64,000 nucleotides of DNA from an uncultured Nitrososphaeraceae archaeon (GTDB taxonomy: Archaea > Thermoproteota > Nitrososphaeria > Nitrososphaerales > Nitrososphaeraceae), in assembly GCA_963729045.1 (NCBI GenBank), contig CAVSMN010000018.1:1-64000 (forward strand), written 5' to 3'. Position numbers and translations under genes: made by a program. Shown here piece after piece: positions 1-10,632 of this stretch; position 1 is the first letter of the stretch, and every line of letters begins with the position of its first letter. The notes beneath the pieces were generated by a model. The model was not told the origin of the DNA. It saw nothing but the letters and a program-made list of their open reading frames with translations, and searched no databases.

Positions 1-13
1 TATAAGTCCATTC

Positions 14-433
14 ATGGAATTTATTTCAGATTATATTCAAATTATTGTCGCCGCGATATATGCAATAGCATTATTTTTTACTATTGTCACATTCCAGCGC
101 TCGAAGAGAATTGATCAAGTCACATCATTAGGTGATGTCATGAAAGAGCTACGAGATGTGGACCGGGAACTGGCAAAAATACCTCAGGACCTCAATATGA
201 TGAAGTCAGAAGTCCATGGTTTTCTCGCATGTTCAATAGCCTAGAATGGCTTTCGTTTATGATCAATGAAAAAATCATGAGTGACAAAAAATTGGTTGAA
301 TACATTAAACCTATGATAATCAGCTATTATGATGACACATTTCTGAAATCCGCTTCAGCTAGTTGAAAGAGATTCAGACAATTATCCACAATTTAAAAAA
401 CTCTATCAAGCCGTGAAGAGCAAGACAAAGTGA
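14..433 (+). pseudogene. Membrane-anchored hypothetical protein, frameshifted (DUF4760-like)
   Basis: N-terminal TM helix in ORF 14-244. A plausible continuation runs in other frames (WFSRMFNSLEWLSFMINEK...YPQFKKLY) to TGA at 431-433. Confidence 0.5.
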
Positions 434-758
434 ACAAATTAGGTTTATGAGTATGGAATAATTTTTATATAATAATAATTTAATCATCTCACAACAATAA
501 TCAAGTTATTAATACCTTTGAATTGAAATTGGTCATTAAGATATTAGTTACAGTTTACTTGTTTTGTCATTTCTTATAATGATCCACTCTAAGGTAGACA
601 GATTTTGAAAGAATAGCAATGACAAGATTATTTTACTTCAACATCTCTTTCTTGGATTTTATCGTGGATGTTTATGATGCATGTTTGCTCACAGTTCTTG
701 TGTCTAATAGATTCAGTGCCCATCAACTTATACCAATTATTGATAGAGTCCGTATTTG

Positions 759-798
759 TATTAGAACCATACTACTCCAGGGAACTTAATCCCCACGC
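759..798 (+). repeat. Array site 1 (left arm A, right arm R3)
   Basis: TATTAGAACCATACTACTCCAGGGAACTTAATCCCCACGC-GTCCAAACT. Confidence 0.9.
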
Positions 799-978
799 GT
801 CCAAACTCAATGATCTTTTATTTGGTAATATAGTAGTGCAAATAAGAAGTGAATATCTCTTAAAGATCTCTTCTAAAATAATAGATTTGATTTGAGAAAT
901 ATAGGTATTGGTTACATTATCATGTTTATTGCTACCCTTGCTGAAATAATTGAATCTACCTACAGCAAGACTAGCTAT

Positions 979-3618
979 CTAACTTCCACCTACAGATACA
1001 GGTGATTGTGACGCTAGTGTCGGTTGTGTTGCTGTTGCTGTTATAGCACCCTGTCTGAGAGCAGCGTCCATATTTACTTTGTTGTCTGCACTAAGTTGAA
1101 CATTCTCTCCGCCTAGATTCATTAGAAGTAATGCATTGACATTGCACCACCGAGATTCACAGGATTTCCACTCACAAGATCTAAACCTGTAGATTGTTCG
1201 GTCAGGTCTATAAAATATTGTGCTTGACCTGGAGCAGTAGAAGCTATTCTCTGTATTGGGACTATTGCGGATTGTGTTGTTTGTCCATCTTGTATTTTAG
1301 CTCCTACAAGTTGAATTCCTTTTTCGTCTGGTAAATTGAGTAAGACTTTCCCACTAGTAAGAATACATGGATCAAATGCTGCAAGTATTCGTGCTTTCCC
1401 ATTTTCCATTGGGGAGGGACCCAAGACAGTAGTTGCGGACTGTGGGGCACAATCTGCAGTGGGTGTTACTGCTCCGTCAAGTGTTCGTACTGTCAATCCT
1501 CCATCATTTCTCACAGTGACTTGATCATTGTTAATATTTGTTTTAGTAACTAGAACCGTCTTTGTAGTTGTAGCTGGTGTTGTAGTTGTAGCTGGTGTTG
1601 TAGTTGTAGCTGGTGTTGTAGTTGTAGCTGGTGCTGTAGATGTAGCTGGTGTTGTAGTTGGTGTTGTTGTAGCTGTACGCTGTGTGTTATCTGTAGTTGT
1701 CATCTGTTATCAGAAATACACTTGGAACCGCTAGGAGCATTCGACCCTGTCTTTCCACCAAACCCTACGATATGAGATCCTGCTGGACATGTTCCATCTG
1801 TATTTTTAGATACTTCTACTTCGGTACGGTGTAGTTGGTGTTTAGTTACATTCGGGACTGTGAGTAATTGTACGTTAAACAATCAGACTGGAATCAGTGG
1901 GCGTTGTAGTTGTAGCTGGTGTTGTAGTTTTGGCCGGCGTAGTTGTTTTCGCTGATGAGTTATCAGAAATGCACTTTAGAACCACTAGGAGTATCTTTCT
2001 GCAAAATCTTTACCATATGAAATCTTTTTGAACATTTTCTATCAGATCTTAGTAGGTAATTCTACTTGTAATGTGGTGTTATAGTGTTTCGGCTATTTGA
2101 AATGCTGTACAGATCTAGTACCTGGATTGACCTGTCCTTTCCACCAAACCCTACGATATGAGATCCTGCTGGACATGTTCCATCTGTATTTTTAGATACT
2201 TCTACTTCGGTCGGTTAGTTGAAGTTTTATTACAATCGGAACAGGTGTATGAAATAATTGTCGACAGAGGCGTTGTAGTTGTAGCTGGTGTTGTAGTTTG
2301 CGCTAGTGTCGCTGATGGTTATCAGAAATGCACTTAGAACCGCTAGGAGTAGCGGTATTAGAACAAACACTACGATATGAGATCCTGCTGAACATGTTTC
2401 ATCTGAATTTTTAGTTACTTCATCGTTTTGGCTTGTGTTTGGCTAGATGGGTTATCAGTTACACATTTAGAACCGCTAGGAGCACGACCTGTCTTTCCAC
2501 CAAACCCTACGATATGAGATCCTGCTGGACATGATCCATCTGTATTTTTAGGTACTTCTACTATCTTTTGGTGTTGTTGACGTTGTTGGTCCCCCTGGTA
2601 ATGTAGTTGTAGATTGGGTAGTACCTGGACCGACACATACACCTACGCTTGTTTCAGCAGTTCCAGTTGGACATTTTCCGTCAAGTCCTTTAGGAAAAGT
2701 TTGTGGTTCTCCTGTAGATATGTGCCACCTGTTTGCCCTGTGGTGTATAGGTCTGTTTTACTGGTGTTGCAGTTGTATCTGTAGTTGTTGATGATTTACA
2801 AGCGGGATCGGTGGGATTAGATTGGCAAATAGGATTATATAACAGGGAAAAGTGATTTGTTTCCTTTTGAGTTCGTATAATGGCAGTGGGGCTCAGTTAT
2901 TGTACGTAGTTGATGATTTACAAACATGGAGCTCGGGAGATCAGTCGTCTGATAACTGTGAGTGTCATGTTTACCTGGATCTGATTAGTTGTACCTGGAG
3001 CCGTCATGTTGTACCTGGGGTTGTTGTTGTACCACTAGTTGTCGATGATTTACAAAATGGAGCATCAGGAGAAGTCGTACAAATATTATTCTTACGGATC
3101 CGGAATCTCCAGGGATGGAACCAGATGGTGCTCCTGTTGTTGTACCTGGCGTTGTTGATGATTTACAAGCGGGATCGGTGGGATTAGATTGGCAAGGATC
3201 GGTATAGAAATAATCTCCCCACAGAACATTTGGTAATTTCTGATGGTGATGGTGATGGTGTTGTAGTCTGTACCTGTCCCTGTACCACATTCTTCCGTTG
3301 TAGCTGCCTGACTACCATTGGGACAATTTACAAGTTCGGGTTCAGTTTCTGGCTCAGTTTCTTCTTCTGGTACTCCAGGCTCTGACTCTACTTCTGGCTG
3401 TTCATTTTCTGATGAGCCATCATCTCCATCTGAACTACTCTCCATCTGAACTACTCTCCATCTGAACTACTACCTCCATCTGAACTACTACCTCCATCTG
3501 AACTACCTCCATCTGAACTAGCAAAGATATTAGATGACATTATCATGGCTGGGTTAGCAGATAGCATCATGGCTAATGTCAAAACTATAGTGAAACTAAC
3601 CGCAACATTTGGATTCAT
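979..3618 (-). pseudogene. Large secreted Thr/Pro/Ser-rich, Cys-repeat surface protein with many frameshifts
   Basis: ATG at 3618 with a signal peptide (MNPNVAVSFTIVLTLAMML), then SSDGG repeats, an EPE tract, DPCQSNPTDPACKS repeats, KNTDGTCPAGSHIVGFGG repeats, TTTPA repeats and a C-terminal domain ending at TAG 979. Joins several ORF-track fragments. Confidence 0.7.
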
Positions 3619-4112
3619 CTCTATTACTCCTCACTGTTGCAGTCATATTTTAAAATCGACTTAAAGTCACATACTAATTTCAAATAATCAGATGAGATGA
3701 GTGCATTGTTACTCATATCTCTATTATCTGTTGTTTTTCTAACGCCCATACTTCTATCCATAATTGGGTACGACTTGTACGCATTTTTGCTGTCAAGACA
3801 CATTATCATGATTGTATACTGGAATCAATATGGTGACTACTATATAACCATTTTATCCCTGTATTATCGATGTTCTCAAAAAATGCAAAACCTGTACTTC
3901 TGTAATACATTTAACAAATCGTTGATTATTTTATTGTTTTACATATGACATCTTAATTTAATAGAATAGGAAAGGTTTGGTATATAATAAAATAATCTGA
4001 TTCTTGTACTCTTTCATTAGTCTAATTATATTCACGTTTGATGTGTGTTCTAACATACTTTTGGGAATGATTCGCAATTCTTAAATATTAATGATGGTAT
4101 TATAATGTCAAC

Positions 4113-4502
4113 ATGATAAAGAAGGAGATTATATTGGCAATATCGATTTCTCTGGTTCTTACATTAGTTCCAACTGCTTACGCTCAAAAGGGCAGCTTTA
4201 TAGTAGAAGTAACATTTATTGACAGTTCAAGAAATGGACCCAATGATGTAAGCTTCTATATAGAAGAATATCCGGAATACTCGCGAGACAATATCGATTT
4301 AATTGATGCAATGTATGATGATGATCCTGATAGTCCGGATGGACAGTATACAACTAGAATAGTTATGCCGTCTGGTTTAATCAATACAAATGAGGATTTT
4401 CATGTTTGTGTGGTTGACGAAGATGATGGAAGTATATATGATTGTTATGAAATGACAAACAGTCCTAAGAAAGGTCCAGAATATCTCACAGTCAGAGTAT
4501 GA
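4113..4502 (+). CDS. Secreted acidic hypothetical protein
   Basis: Signal peptide ending AYA; a Cys pair in the mature part. Confidence 0.75.
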   Translation: MIKKEIILAISISLVLTLVPTAYAQKGSFIVEVTFIDSSRNGPNDVSFYIEEYPEYSRDNIDLIDAMYDDDPDSPDGQYTTRIVMPSGLINTNEDFHVCVVDEDDGSIYDCYEMTNSPKKGPEYLTVRV

Positions 4503-4638
4503 CAAACCATCCATTAATATAATTTTTGACTGTGATTGCAGACCTTGTATATTGGGACTTTCACAACCAAGATCCATTATTTTGCAATATGGTTCCTCTT
4601 TATACATAAAAGTTTGTGTCTCATTCTATTATTGATAC

Positions 4639-4682
4639 TAGAATCCTATTTAAAATACCGATATCTACACGAATCCCCACGG
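4639..4682 (+). repeat. Array site 2 (B, R1)
   Basis: TAGAATCCTATTTAAAATACCGATATCTACACGAATCCCCACGG-ATGAGAATTGTT. Confidence 0.9.
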
Positions 4683-4812
4683 ATGAGAATTGTTTCCAAT
4701 AATATGCCTTGCATGTCCGATTTAGAAGATTATATATAGGTAGTAGGACAAAGTAAGAAATTACTTCTCATTCAATCTTGCAATCTCCTATTGTTCCTGA
4801 ACTACAATTTCT

Positions 4813-4891
4813 TAATTCTAAAACTGCTAGAATATTAGAGTATTGCACCTAGTTAGCAATCCCAATATATTTTTTCCATAGTATTAAAGAT
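4813..4891 (+). promoter_or_regulatory. Conserved 79-bp upstream element of the N/Q-rich protein genes, copy 1
   Basis: Near-identical to 23902-23980, 41738-41816 and 53883-53961. Confidence 0.8.
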
Positions 4892-5340
4892 ATGAATAAA
4901 ACAAAAAATATTCACAACAAAAACAAACTCATTGTCGCATCAATCGCAATAGTAGTAGCATTAGCTCTTTTCGCAAGTCCCATTGTGACCATGGATGATG
5001 CTTTTGCAACTAAAAAGAAAAAGGTAACCAGGCTCACCAATCAATAAATCAATCACAAGCCTCAGTTCAAAATGCCTTGTGTGCTTCTGGTGGAACAACT
5101 TTTCTGTCATGCAATAACGTAAACTCCCAAAACCAAAAGAACAGTGGAAACAATGCATTAGCACAAGACGATGACGATGACGATAACGGTGGAAACTTTG
5201 CAGAACAAAGCATCAGCCAATCACAATCCTCTGAACAAAATAGCCAGGTAGTATCTGGTGGAGACACAATAGGCTCTGGTAACAACATTAACGTTCAAAA
5301 CCAAGAAAACTCTGGCAGCAACGCAGCAGCACAGAGCTAA
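4892..5340 (+). pseudogene. Secreted N/Q/S-rich repeat protein, copy 1 (1-bp deletion in an A-rich run)
   Basis: Collinear with 23981-24433; frame is lost at about 5012-5022 (AAAAAGAAAAAGG). Confidence 0.85.
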
Positions 5341-5545
5341 ACGTAATTTTTTATATTTTTATTCCTTCTTCCAGTTTATTTAATGATTAAACAATTTATC
5401 AGTAATTGCATTTTAGAGCCCTACTTCCATTAGGAACTTTTTACAAAGTTGTGATCTTTTGGTTTGTCATTTTACACATAATTAAAAATAGGATAACGTG
5501 GCCTTATTTGATGCTTTTATATTTATGATTGATATTTAGAGGAGC

Positions 5546-6094
5546 ATGAATAAGACTCTGTTAACATACACAATAATGCTCTTTGGACTTGGTCTTTCCA
5601 TAATATACTATGATCAAGTTGCAGTTGGCCAAAATCTTGATATTAATGATAATGCTGGACCATTTAGCTTTTTAAAAACAGGAACAAACTCTCTTAATAT
5701 TTCAGAACCAATATATCAAACCATCATTGGAAATTTCATAGATACAAAAGAGCTTTCCAATACACCTACACTTGTAACAGAAGAATCATTCCTCGAAGAG
5801 GCAATTATGAAAGACATAGGTAACGTAACAAACAGGATGACCTTTATCAATACATATGATGCTCAATCGGCTGTAATACAGGGAAGAGGCAACGGAACGA
5901 TTGAAACCCAGGATGGTCAAAGCATAGGATGGATATCTTCGGACGTTGGAGTCCTCAGCGAAAAAGGTCCTGTCTTTCATGGAATAATTCTATTTAATGA
6001 CACCAATAGTGAAAAACTATCATTTCTAAATGGTAAATTAGGAATATATAAAGATGCTCCGGAAATCCATAGAACTATTTGGTTGTTGGACTAG
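5546..6094 (+). CDS. Secreted hypothetical protein (GNGTIETxDGQ family)
   Basis: Signal peptide; homologous to 24564-25088 and more distantly to 33096-33677. Confidence 0.8.
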   Translation: MNKTLLTYTIMLFGLGLSIIYYDQVAVGQNLDINDNAGPFSFLKTGTNSLNISEPIYQTIIGNFIDTKELSNTPTLVTEESFLEEAIMKDIGNVTNRMTFINTYDAQSAVIQGRGNGTIETQDGQSIGWISSDVGVLSEKGPVFHGIILFNDTNSEKLSFLNGKLGIYKDAPEIHRTIWLLD

Positions 6095-6144
6095 CTATCA
6101 CCTAATAATTTTTACTACTCTATCATGATATCGAGTCCTCTTGA

Positions 6145-6183
6145 TATGGAACCCTACTACCACTAGGAACTCAATCCCCACGG
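6145..6183 (+). repeat. Array site 3 (A, R1)
   Basis: TATGGAACCCTACTACCACTAGGAACTCAATCCCCACGG-ATGAGAACTGTT. Confidence 0.9.
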
Positions 6184-6258
6184 ATGAGAACTGTTCCTAA
6201 AAACGTTATACAACTTCTTGAATCAAAAGAGAAAGTTTGTTTGTTTCTATTTGTAGAG

Positions 6259-6414
6259 TTATTCTTTTTTATCCTCTTCCTTTTCTAAGATTTCCTTTTT
6301 GATTGATTTGAATATTTTTTTATCCTTTTCTTCTGGGGTATTTTCAGATATTCCTACTAAATTTGATTCCTCAAACGCAAATTCATTTTCTCCGCTGTCA
6401 TTAACCGATGACAT
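6259..6414 (-). CDS. 51-aa charged small protein
   Basis: Hand-translated MSSVNDSGENEFAF...EEDKKE*; the main content between sites 3 and 4. Confidence 0.45.
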   Translation of the reverse strand: MSSVNDSGENEFAFEESNLVGISENTPEEKDKKIFKSIKKEILEKEEDKKE

Positions 6415-6492
6415 ATCAGGAACTTTTATACAAAAAGGATATAACTATCTATGTCTGAGTTTTCTTGAACTTCAGAAGTCATCACTTTATTG

Positions 6493-6524
6493 AGATTCTA
6501 TTCAACCTTGAATCGTATCTCCAC
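6493..6524 (+). repeat. Array site 4 (C)
   Basis: AGATTCTATTCAACCTTGAATCGTATCTCCAC. Confidence 0.85.
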
Positions 6525-6873
6525 ATGTCCGACAAGTAATTGAGTTTAGCAGACGGAATGGAATGAGTAAATTATAAACGTATACGAAAACATGCAAACC
6601 CGTTGTGAGTAAATCAAGGTTATCCATTTCACAGTGGTGCATAAAGCCTTGCATCTTTGTTCTTATAATTATATAAGCGATGTTTTCTAACTCATTGTAT
6701 GTGCTGTGATTACGAAATACCACTAGAAGAAGAAGAACAGGAAAAAACGATAGAAAAAGAAAAGAAAATAATCCAACCACACTTAGAAATCAGAAAGACA
6801 GAAGAAGAACCCATAGCAGCCTAAATTTTTTCTGTTTTTATGTATATGATGCGATAATACATTAGCATTATGC

Positions 6874-6912
6874 TATAGAACCTAACTACCACTGGGAACT
6901 TAATCCCAACCA
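6874..6912 (+). repeat. Array site 5 (A, R1-like; degenerate)
   Basis: TATAGAACCTAACTACCACTGGGAACTTAATCCCAACCA-ATGAGGACTG. Confidence 0.8.
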
Positions 6913-7525
6913 ATGAGGACTGATATTAATATAGCATATAGTCCATCATATGATGATATTTATTATGTAAAATATAAAAATCTGTATCCTCATATGTCGT
7001 TAATATTTAATCGTCTTTGAACATTTCAATTTCCATAGCCTGTAGCGTTTTCCCCATTATTACTACATCAATAACCTGCAAACTCTTCCACCTAGATTAT
7101 TTCTTTTGTAATTTTTAATATTTTCAGCAATAATGATTGCTTAGCTTTCATCGTGCTAGGAGGACTGAAATTGTAGATTATTGAATTGTTAAATAAAACA
7201 GAGTCTGGAGATTCAAAGATCATTGCTTTATATACCTTCCATACTCTCCTATCCAACCATTTCTATTATCTGATGAGTTCTCTTCATATTTGTCTTCACT
7301 AACGGTATGAACTCTTGGTTTTTGTTTAAGGTTGTCCCATCCTCAAACTCTTTTTGAAAAGGATACTATATGGTTACTACCTCATTACCAATAATAAATT
7401 AAATGTTTTATTCATGCTAATTAGACACAAACTAGTATTTACTTTAAGAAAAATTAGTCATATCAAATTTAAGCTTTGTCGTCACATTAAAAGAGTCAAC
7501 TTGGGTGTAGGGAGGTATTAGTGTT

Positions 7526-8017
7526 TTGTCGGATCGATTTAATACTGATAGTAATCTAGATGTTCATACTAACGATAGAGCGAAGACTAAATCCTTAAAA
7601 GCATTTGATTGGATAAAAGCAGCAAAAATAATAAAAGAAAACAGCATTCAAAATGCAAGCATGGGATTAGGTGTTACTTTAGATGATACTATCTCCATAT
7701 TACAAAATGGAAAACCAATAAAAATTACTGACAATATGTTTTTGTCCAGTGACTCTAATCCTGTCCTGATAAACAATGATACTGGAGAAATAGTGAATTG
7801 TTTCTTTAACATCAATGAGCAAGATATGGAATACAACAATCTCTATATTCCAAGTTCAACGGAAGTAACAAAGTTATCAGGATGGTCGAAATCAGCACTC
7901 GCTATTATTAAAGAGGCGTTTTATTATAAAAATATCCAGGAAAACAAATTTTCACAGGTTTATTTGCTATGCTCACTTTTCTACTTCTGGAGGATATTAG
8001 AGTGTGGGTGTCTTTAA
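7526..8017 (+). CDS. Hypothetical protein
   Basis: 163-aa ORF; GGAGG lies upstream of the TTG start. Confidence 0.6.
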   Translation: MSDRFNTDSNLDVHTNDRAKTKSLKAFDWIKAAKIIKENSIQNASMGLGVTLDDTISILQNGKPIKITDNMFLSSDSNPVLINNDTGEIVNCFFNINEQDMEYNNLYIPSSTEVTKLSGWSKSALAIIKEAFYYKNIQENKFSQVYLLCSLFYFWRILECGCL

Positions 8018-8140
8018 CAATTTTCAATGCTCATGGATAAATCAATAAATATCTCGACCGTTATCATTTACCTATTTGATTAGGACTGACCAGTTGTTTG
8101 ATTATGTTTATTTTTTATGTATAGAAGTTATGGATCAGTG

Positions 8141-8180
8141 TATTAGAACCCCACTACCACAAGGAACTTAATCCCCACGG
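8141..8180 (+). repeat. Array site 6 (A, R2)
   Basis: TATTAGAACCCCACTACCACAAGGAACTTAATCCCCACGG-GCACGCGATAAATTTGAC. Confidence 0.9.
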
Positions 8181-8271
8181 GCACGCGATAAATTTGACTA
8201 TAAATTCTCTAACTCGATATCCGTACCTACATAACATGATTATAACATATCATAAATAATAGAAATCTGAA

Positions 8272-9645
8272 ATGGTTAACCCAGATTCATATTCGTCGCA
8301 CTCAAATTTAGGATCTAGTATGGAGCAATACCCAGTGGAGAATTCCGGATGGTCCGAAATAGACGAATGGGGGCCCGAAAAAGTATTGCAGGTATATGAT
8401 CCTGACACTGGTATGAAAGGTGTTTTGGTTATCGACAATACCTCTACTGGTCCTGGCAAAGGAGGAATAAGGTTTGCGGAAAGTGTTACCCCTATGGAGG
8501 TATTTAAGCTTGCAAGAACAATGACCTGGAAATGCGCATCGGCGGGACTACCATTTGGTGGTGCTAAAGGAGGAATTATAGCAAACCCAGGTAAAGTAAA
8601 CCAAGTAGAATGGATTAAATCCTTTGCCAAAATGATAAAACCTTATTGCCCCTCCCAATATATTGCAGCTACTGACGTTGGTACAACCGAATTGGATATG
8701 GCAGTATTTGCACATGAGATCGGAGATATGCGAGCATGTACTGGTAAGCCGCAAGAACTTGGAGGAATTCCTCACGAACTGGGAACAACTGGATACGGTG
8801 TGAGTGTTGCACTAAGAACCACAATTGATTTTTTAAAAGAATCCAAACGTAAAGGATTAAAACCTTCCAGGCCCTTTATTGATCTCACAAACAGTTTAGA
8901 TACAAAAAACAATGATATCAAAGTAGTTATTCAGGGATTTGGTAATGTGGGTTCATTTACTGCAAAATTTCTAAATGATTTAAATATAAAAGTTATAGGC
9001 GTTAGCGATGTCTCGGGGTTTGTATTTGATGATAATGGTTTGGATATTCCGCAATTAATGAGAGATATGAAAGACAAGTCCAAGTTAAGTGATCTGTTAG
9101 ATAATCAACAACAGCAGCAGCAACATCTTTATAATATTTTGGATAAAGATGAAATTTTTAACGTAGATTCAGATGTTTTTATTCCTGCAGCACTGACCGG
9201 TGTTATCAACGATAAGACTGCATCCAAGTTATTAGAACATAATGTGAAGATCATTGTAGAGGGGGCAAATATTCCTACTACACCATCAGCTGATCAATAT
9301 TTAGTGAATAATAATATTTTAATCATTCCGGATTTTCTTGCAAATTCTGGCGGTGTAATCGGATCATTTGTTGAGTATCAAGGTCGAACAGAAAAAGAAG
9401 CCTTTGATCTAATTGAATATAAAATTGCAAATAATGTTAAAAGGGCACTTTACAACTCAGTACAATTAACAGACCAGGAAGGTGATAATTCACAACTTAA
9501 TGTTAGAAAGGTTGCGATGGAAACAGCAAAACAAATAGTATATAGAGCAATGTTATTAAGAAAGGGTGCAATTAGTGTCGCAAGAGAAGCCTATGCAAGA
9601 AAAGAGCGAGTTAATTTATTAGGTAAATTAAATTGTTGTTACTGA
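8272..9645 (+). CDS. gdhA: Glu/Leu/Phe/Val dehydrogenase family, glutamate dehydrogenase-like
   Basis: GPGKGGIRF, MTWK, GGAKGG, IQGFGNVG, EGAN and PDFLANSGGV motifs. Confidence 0.85.
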   Translation: MVNPDSYSSHSNLGSSMEQYPVENSGWSEIDEWGPEKVLQVYDPDTGMKGVLVIDNTSTGPGKGGIRFAESVTPMEVFKLARTMTWKCASAGLPFGGAKGGIIANPGKVNQVEWIKSFAKMIKPYCPSQYIAATDVGTTELDMAVFAHEIGDMRACTGKPQELGGIPHELGTTGYGVSVALRTTIDFLKESKRKGLKPSRPFIDLTNSLDTKNNDIKVVIQGFGNVGSFTAKFLNDLNIKVIGVSDVSGFVFDDNGLDIPQLMRDMKDKSKLSDLLDNQQQQQQHLYNILDKDEIFNVDSDVFIPAALTGVINDKTASKLLEHNVKIIVEGANIPTTPSADQYLVNNNILIIPDFLANSGGVIGSFVEYQGRTEKEAFDLIEYKIANNVKRALYNSVQLTDQEGDNSQLNVRKVAMETAKQIVYRAMLLRKGAISVAREAYARKERVNLLGKLNCCY

Positions 9646-9828
9646 TACAAGTAGATGAGAAAAATTATGATTCAAATCAATTCGATATATTCAATAAAAT
9701 TTATCAAAAAATTTAGTTGGTGTTTTATTGCAATCGGGATCGTTGGAGATTCGATTGACAGAAAGCATCGGCTAGAAGAAATAAAAATACTCAAGTGAAA
9801 AAATTATGATTTCTCTATCTGATTTACT

Positions 9829-10215
9829 TTACAATTGTCTGTCAAATTCTCCGGTTATTACTTTTGAATCAGGGGAAAGAAGCCTTGTCCATTCTTCATA
9901 ACCTTGTTGACATTCCTTATCGTTCGACATTTTTGCACAAAGTTCATCTCTATGTTTCTTATCTTTATACGACATAATGGTTATCCATACATCTTCATCT
10001 GTACTAGCTGAAACTGATTTAGAAATGTTTTCGAATCCTTCCCAACTAGTATTTACTGCAAGTCGAAATAACTCATAATGTATTTCCTCTTTATCAAACA
10101 TTTCAGATGACTTTTTTTCAAGTGCTGTTAATGCTTCGTAATTCCTTTTTGGTGATCGTGCGATCATGAATTCTGAATAACTATAGTTCTTGTTATTACC
10201 TTGTTGATTATTCAT
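9829..10215 (-). CDS. DUF1428-like dimeric alpha/beta barrel protein
   Basis: Paralog of 26478-26879; YKDKKHRD...ITGEF pattern. Confidence 0.65.
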   Translation of the reverse strand: MNNQQGNNKNYSYSEFMIARSPKRNYEALTALEKKSSEMFDKEEIHYELFRLAVNTSWEGFENISKSVSASTDEDVWITIMSYKDKKHRDELCAKMSNDKECQQGYEEWTRLLSPDSKVITGEFDRQL

Positions 10216-10294
10216 ATATGCTTCAAAATTACTCTAGATTGAATAAATAAAAAGGATAACTCCCCAAGGGGAGGTTTATTAATAAGGAAAAAAG

Positions 10295-10630
10295 TTGTTA
10301 ATTAATCTGCCAAAACCAAAGCGAAATAAAATGGAATTATATTATGATATACTCAAAGGTATTTTAGATGAGCTAGTTGACAATGAGAGTGGTTATGGTA
10401 ATAGTAAAGTAAAACCTACACGAGTACAACTTAGGAGCAATCTTGCATACGATAAACTTGCCAAGTATCTTAATGAATTAGAGAGCAATAAGATGATAAT
10501 AAAGGATCCACTTCAAATAACTCCAAAAGGAAGAGATTTTTTAAAGGATTTTGACCGAATTGCTTCCTTTTTGATAGAAATGGGTATAAGATACTTTGAT
10601 TCATCGAAAGTAGTGGGGTTGAGAAATTAA
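10295..10630 (+). CDS. Winged-helix transcriptional regulator (archaeal type)
   Basis: KRNKMELYYDIL...PTRVQLRSNLAY...ITPKG. Confidence 0.8.
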   Translation: MLINLPKPKRNKMELYYDILKGILDELVDNESGYGNSKVKPTRVQLRSNLAYDKLAKYLNELESNKMIIKDPLQITPKGRDFLKDFDRIASFLIEMGIRYFDSSKVVGLRN

Positions 10631-10632
10631 CA

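Noticed and set aside
1336..1734. Plus-strand Val-rich ORFs, and similar antisense ORFs such as 5067-5288, 41412-41720, 53557-53865 and 61547-62011
   Set aside because: They are shadows of genes on the opposite strand.
2985..3290. Poly-His tract (QHHHHHHQ)
   Set aside because: It lies in a frameshift-ridden part of the surface-protein gene, so the true frame is uncertain.
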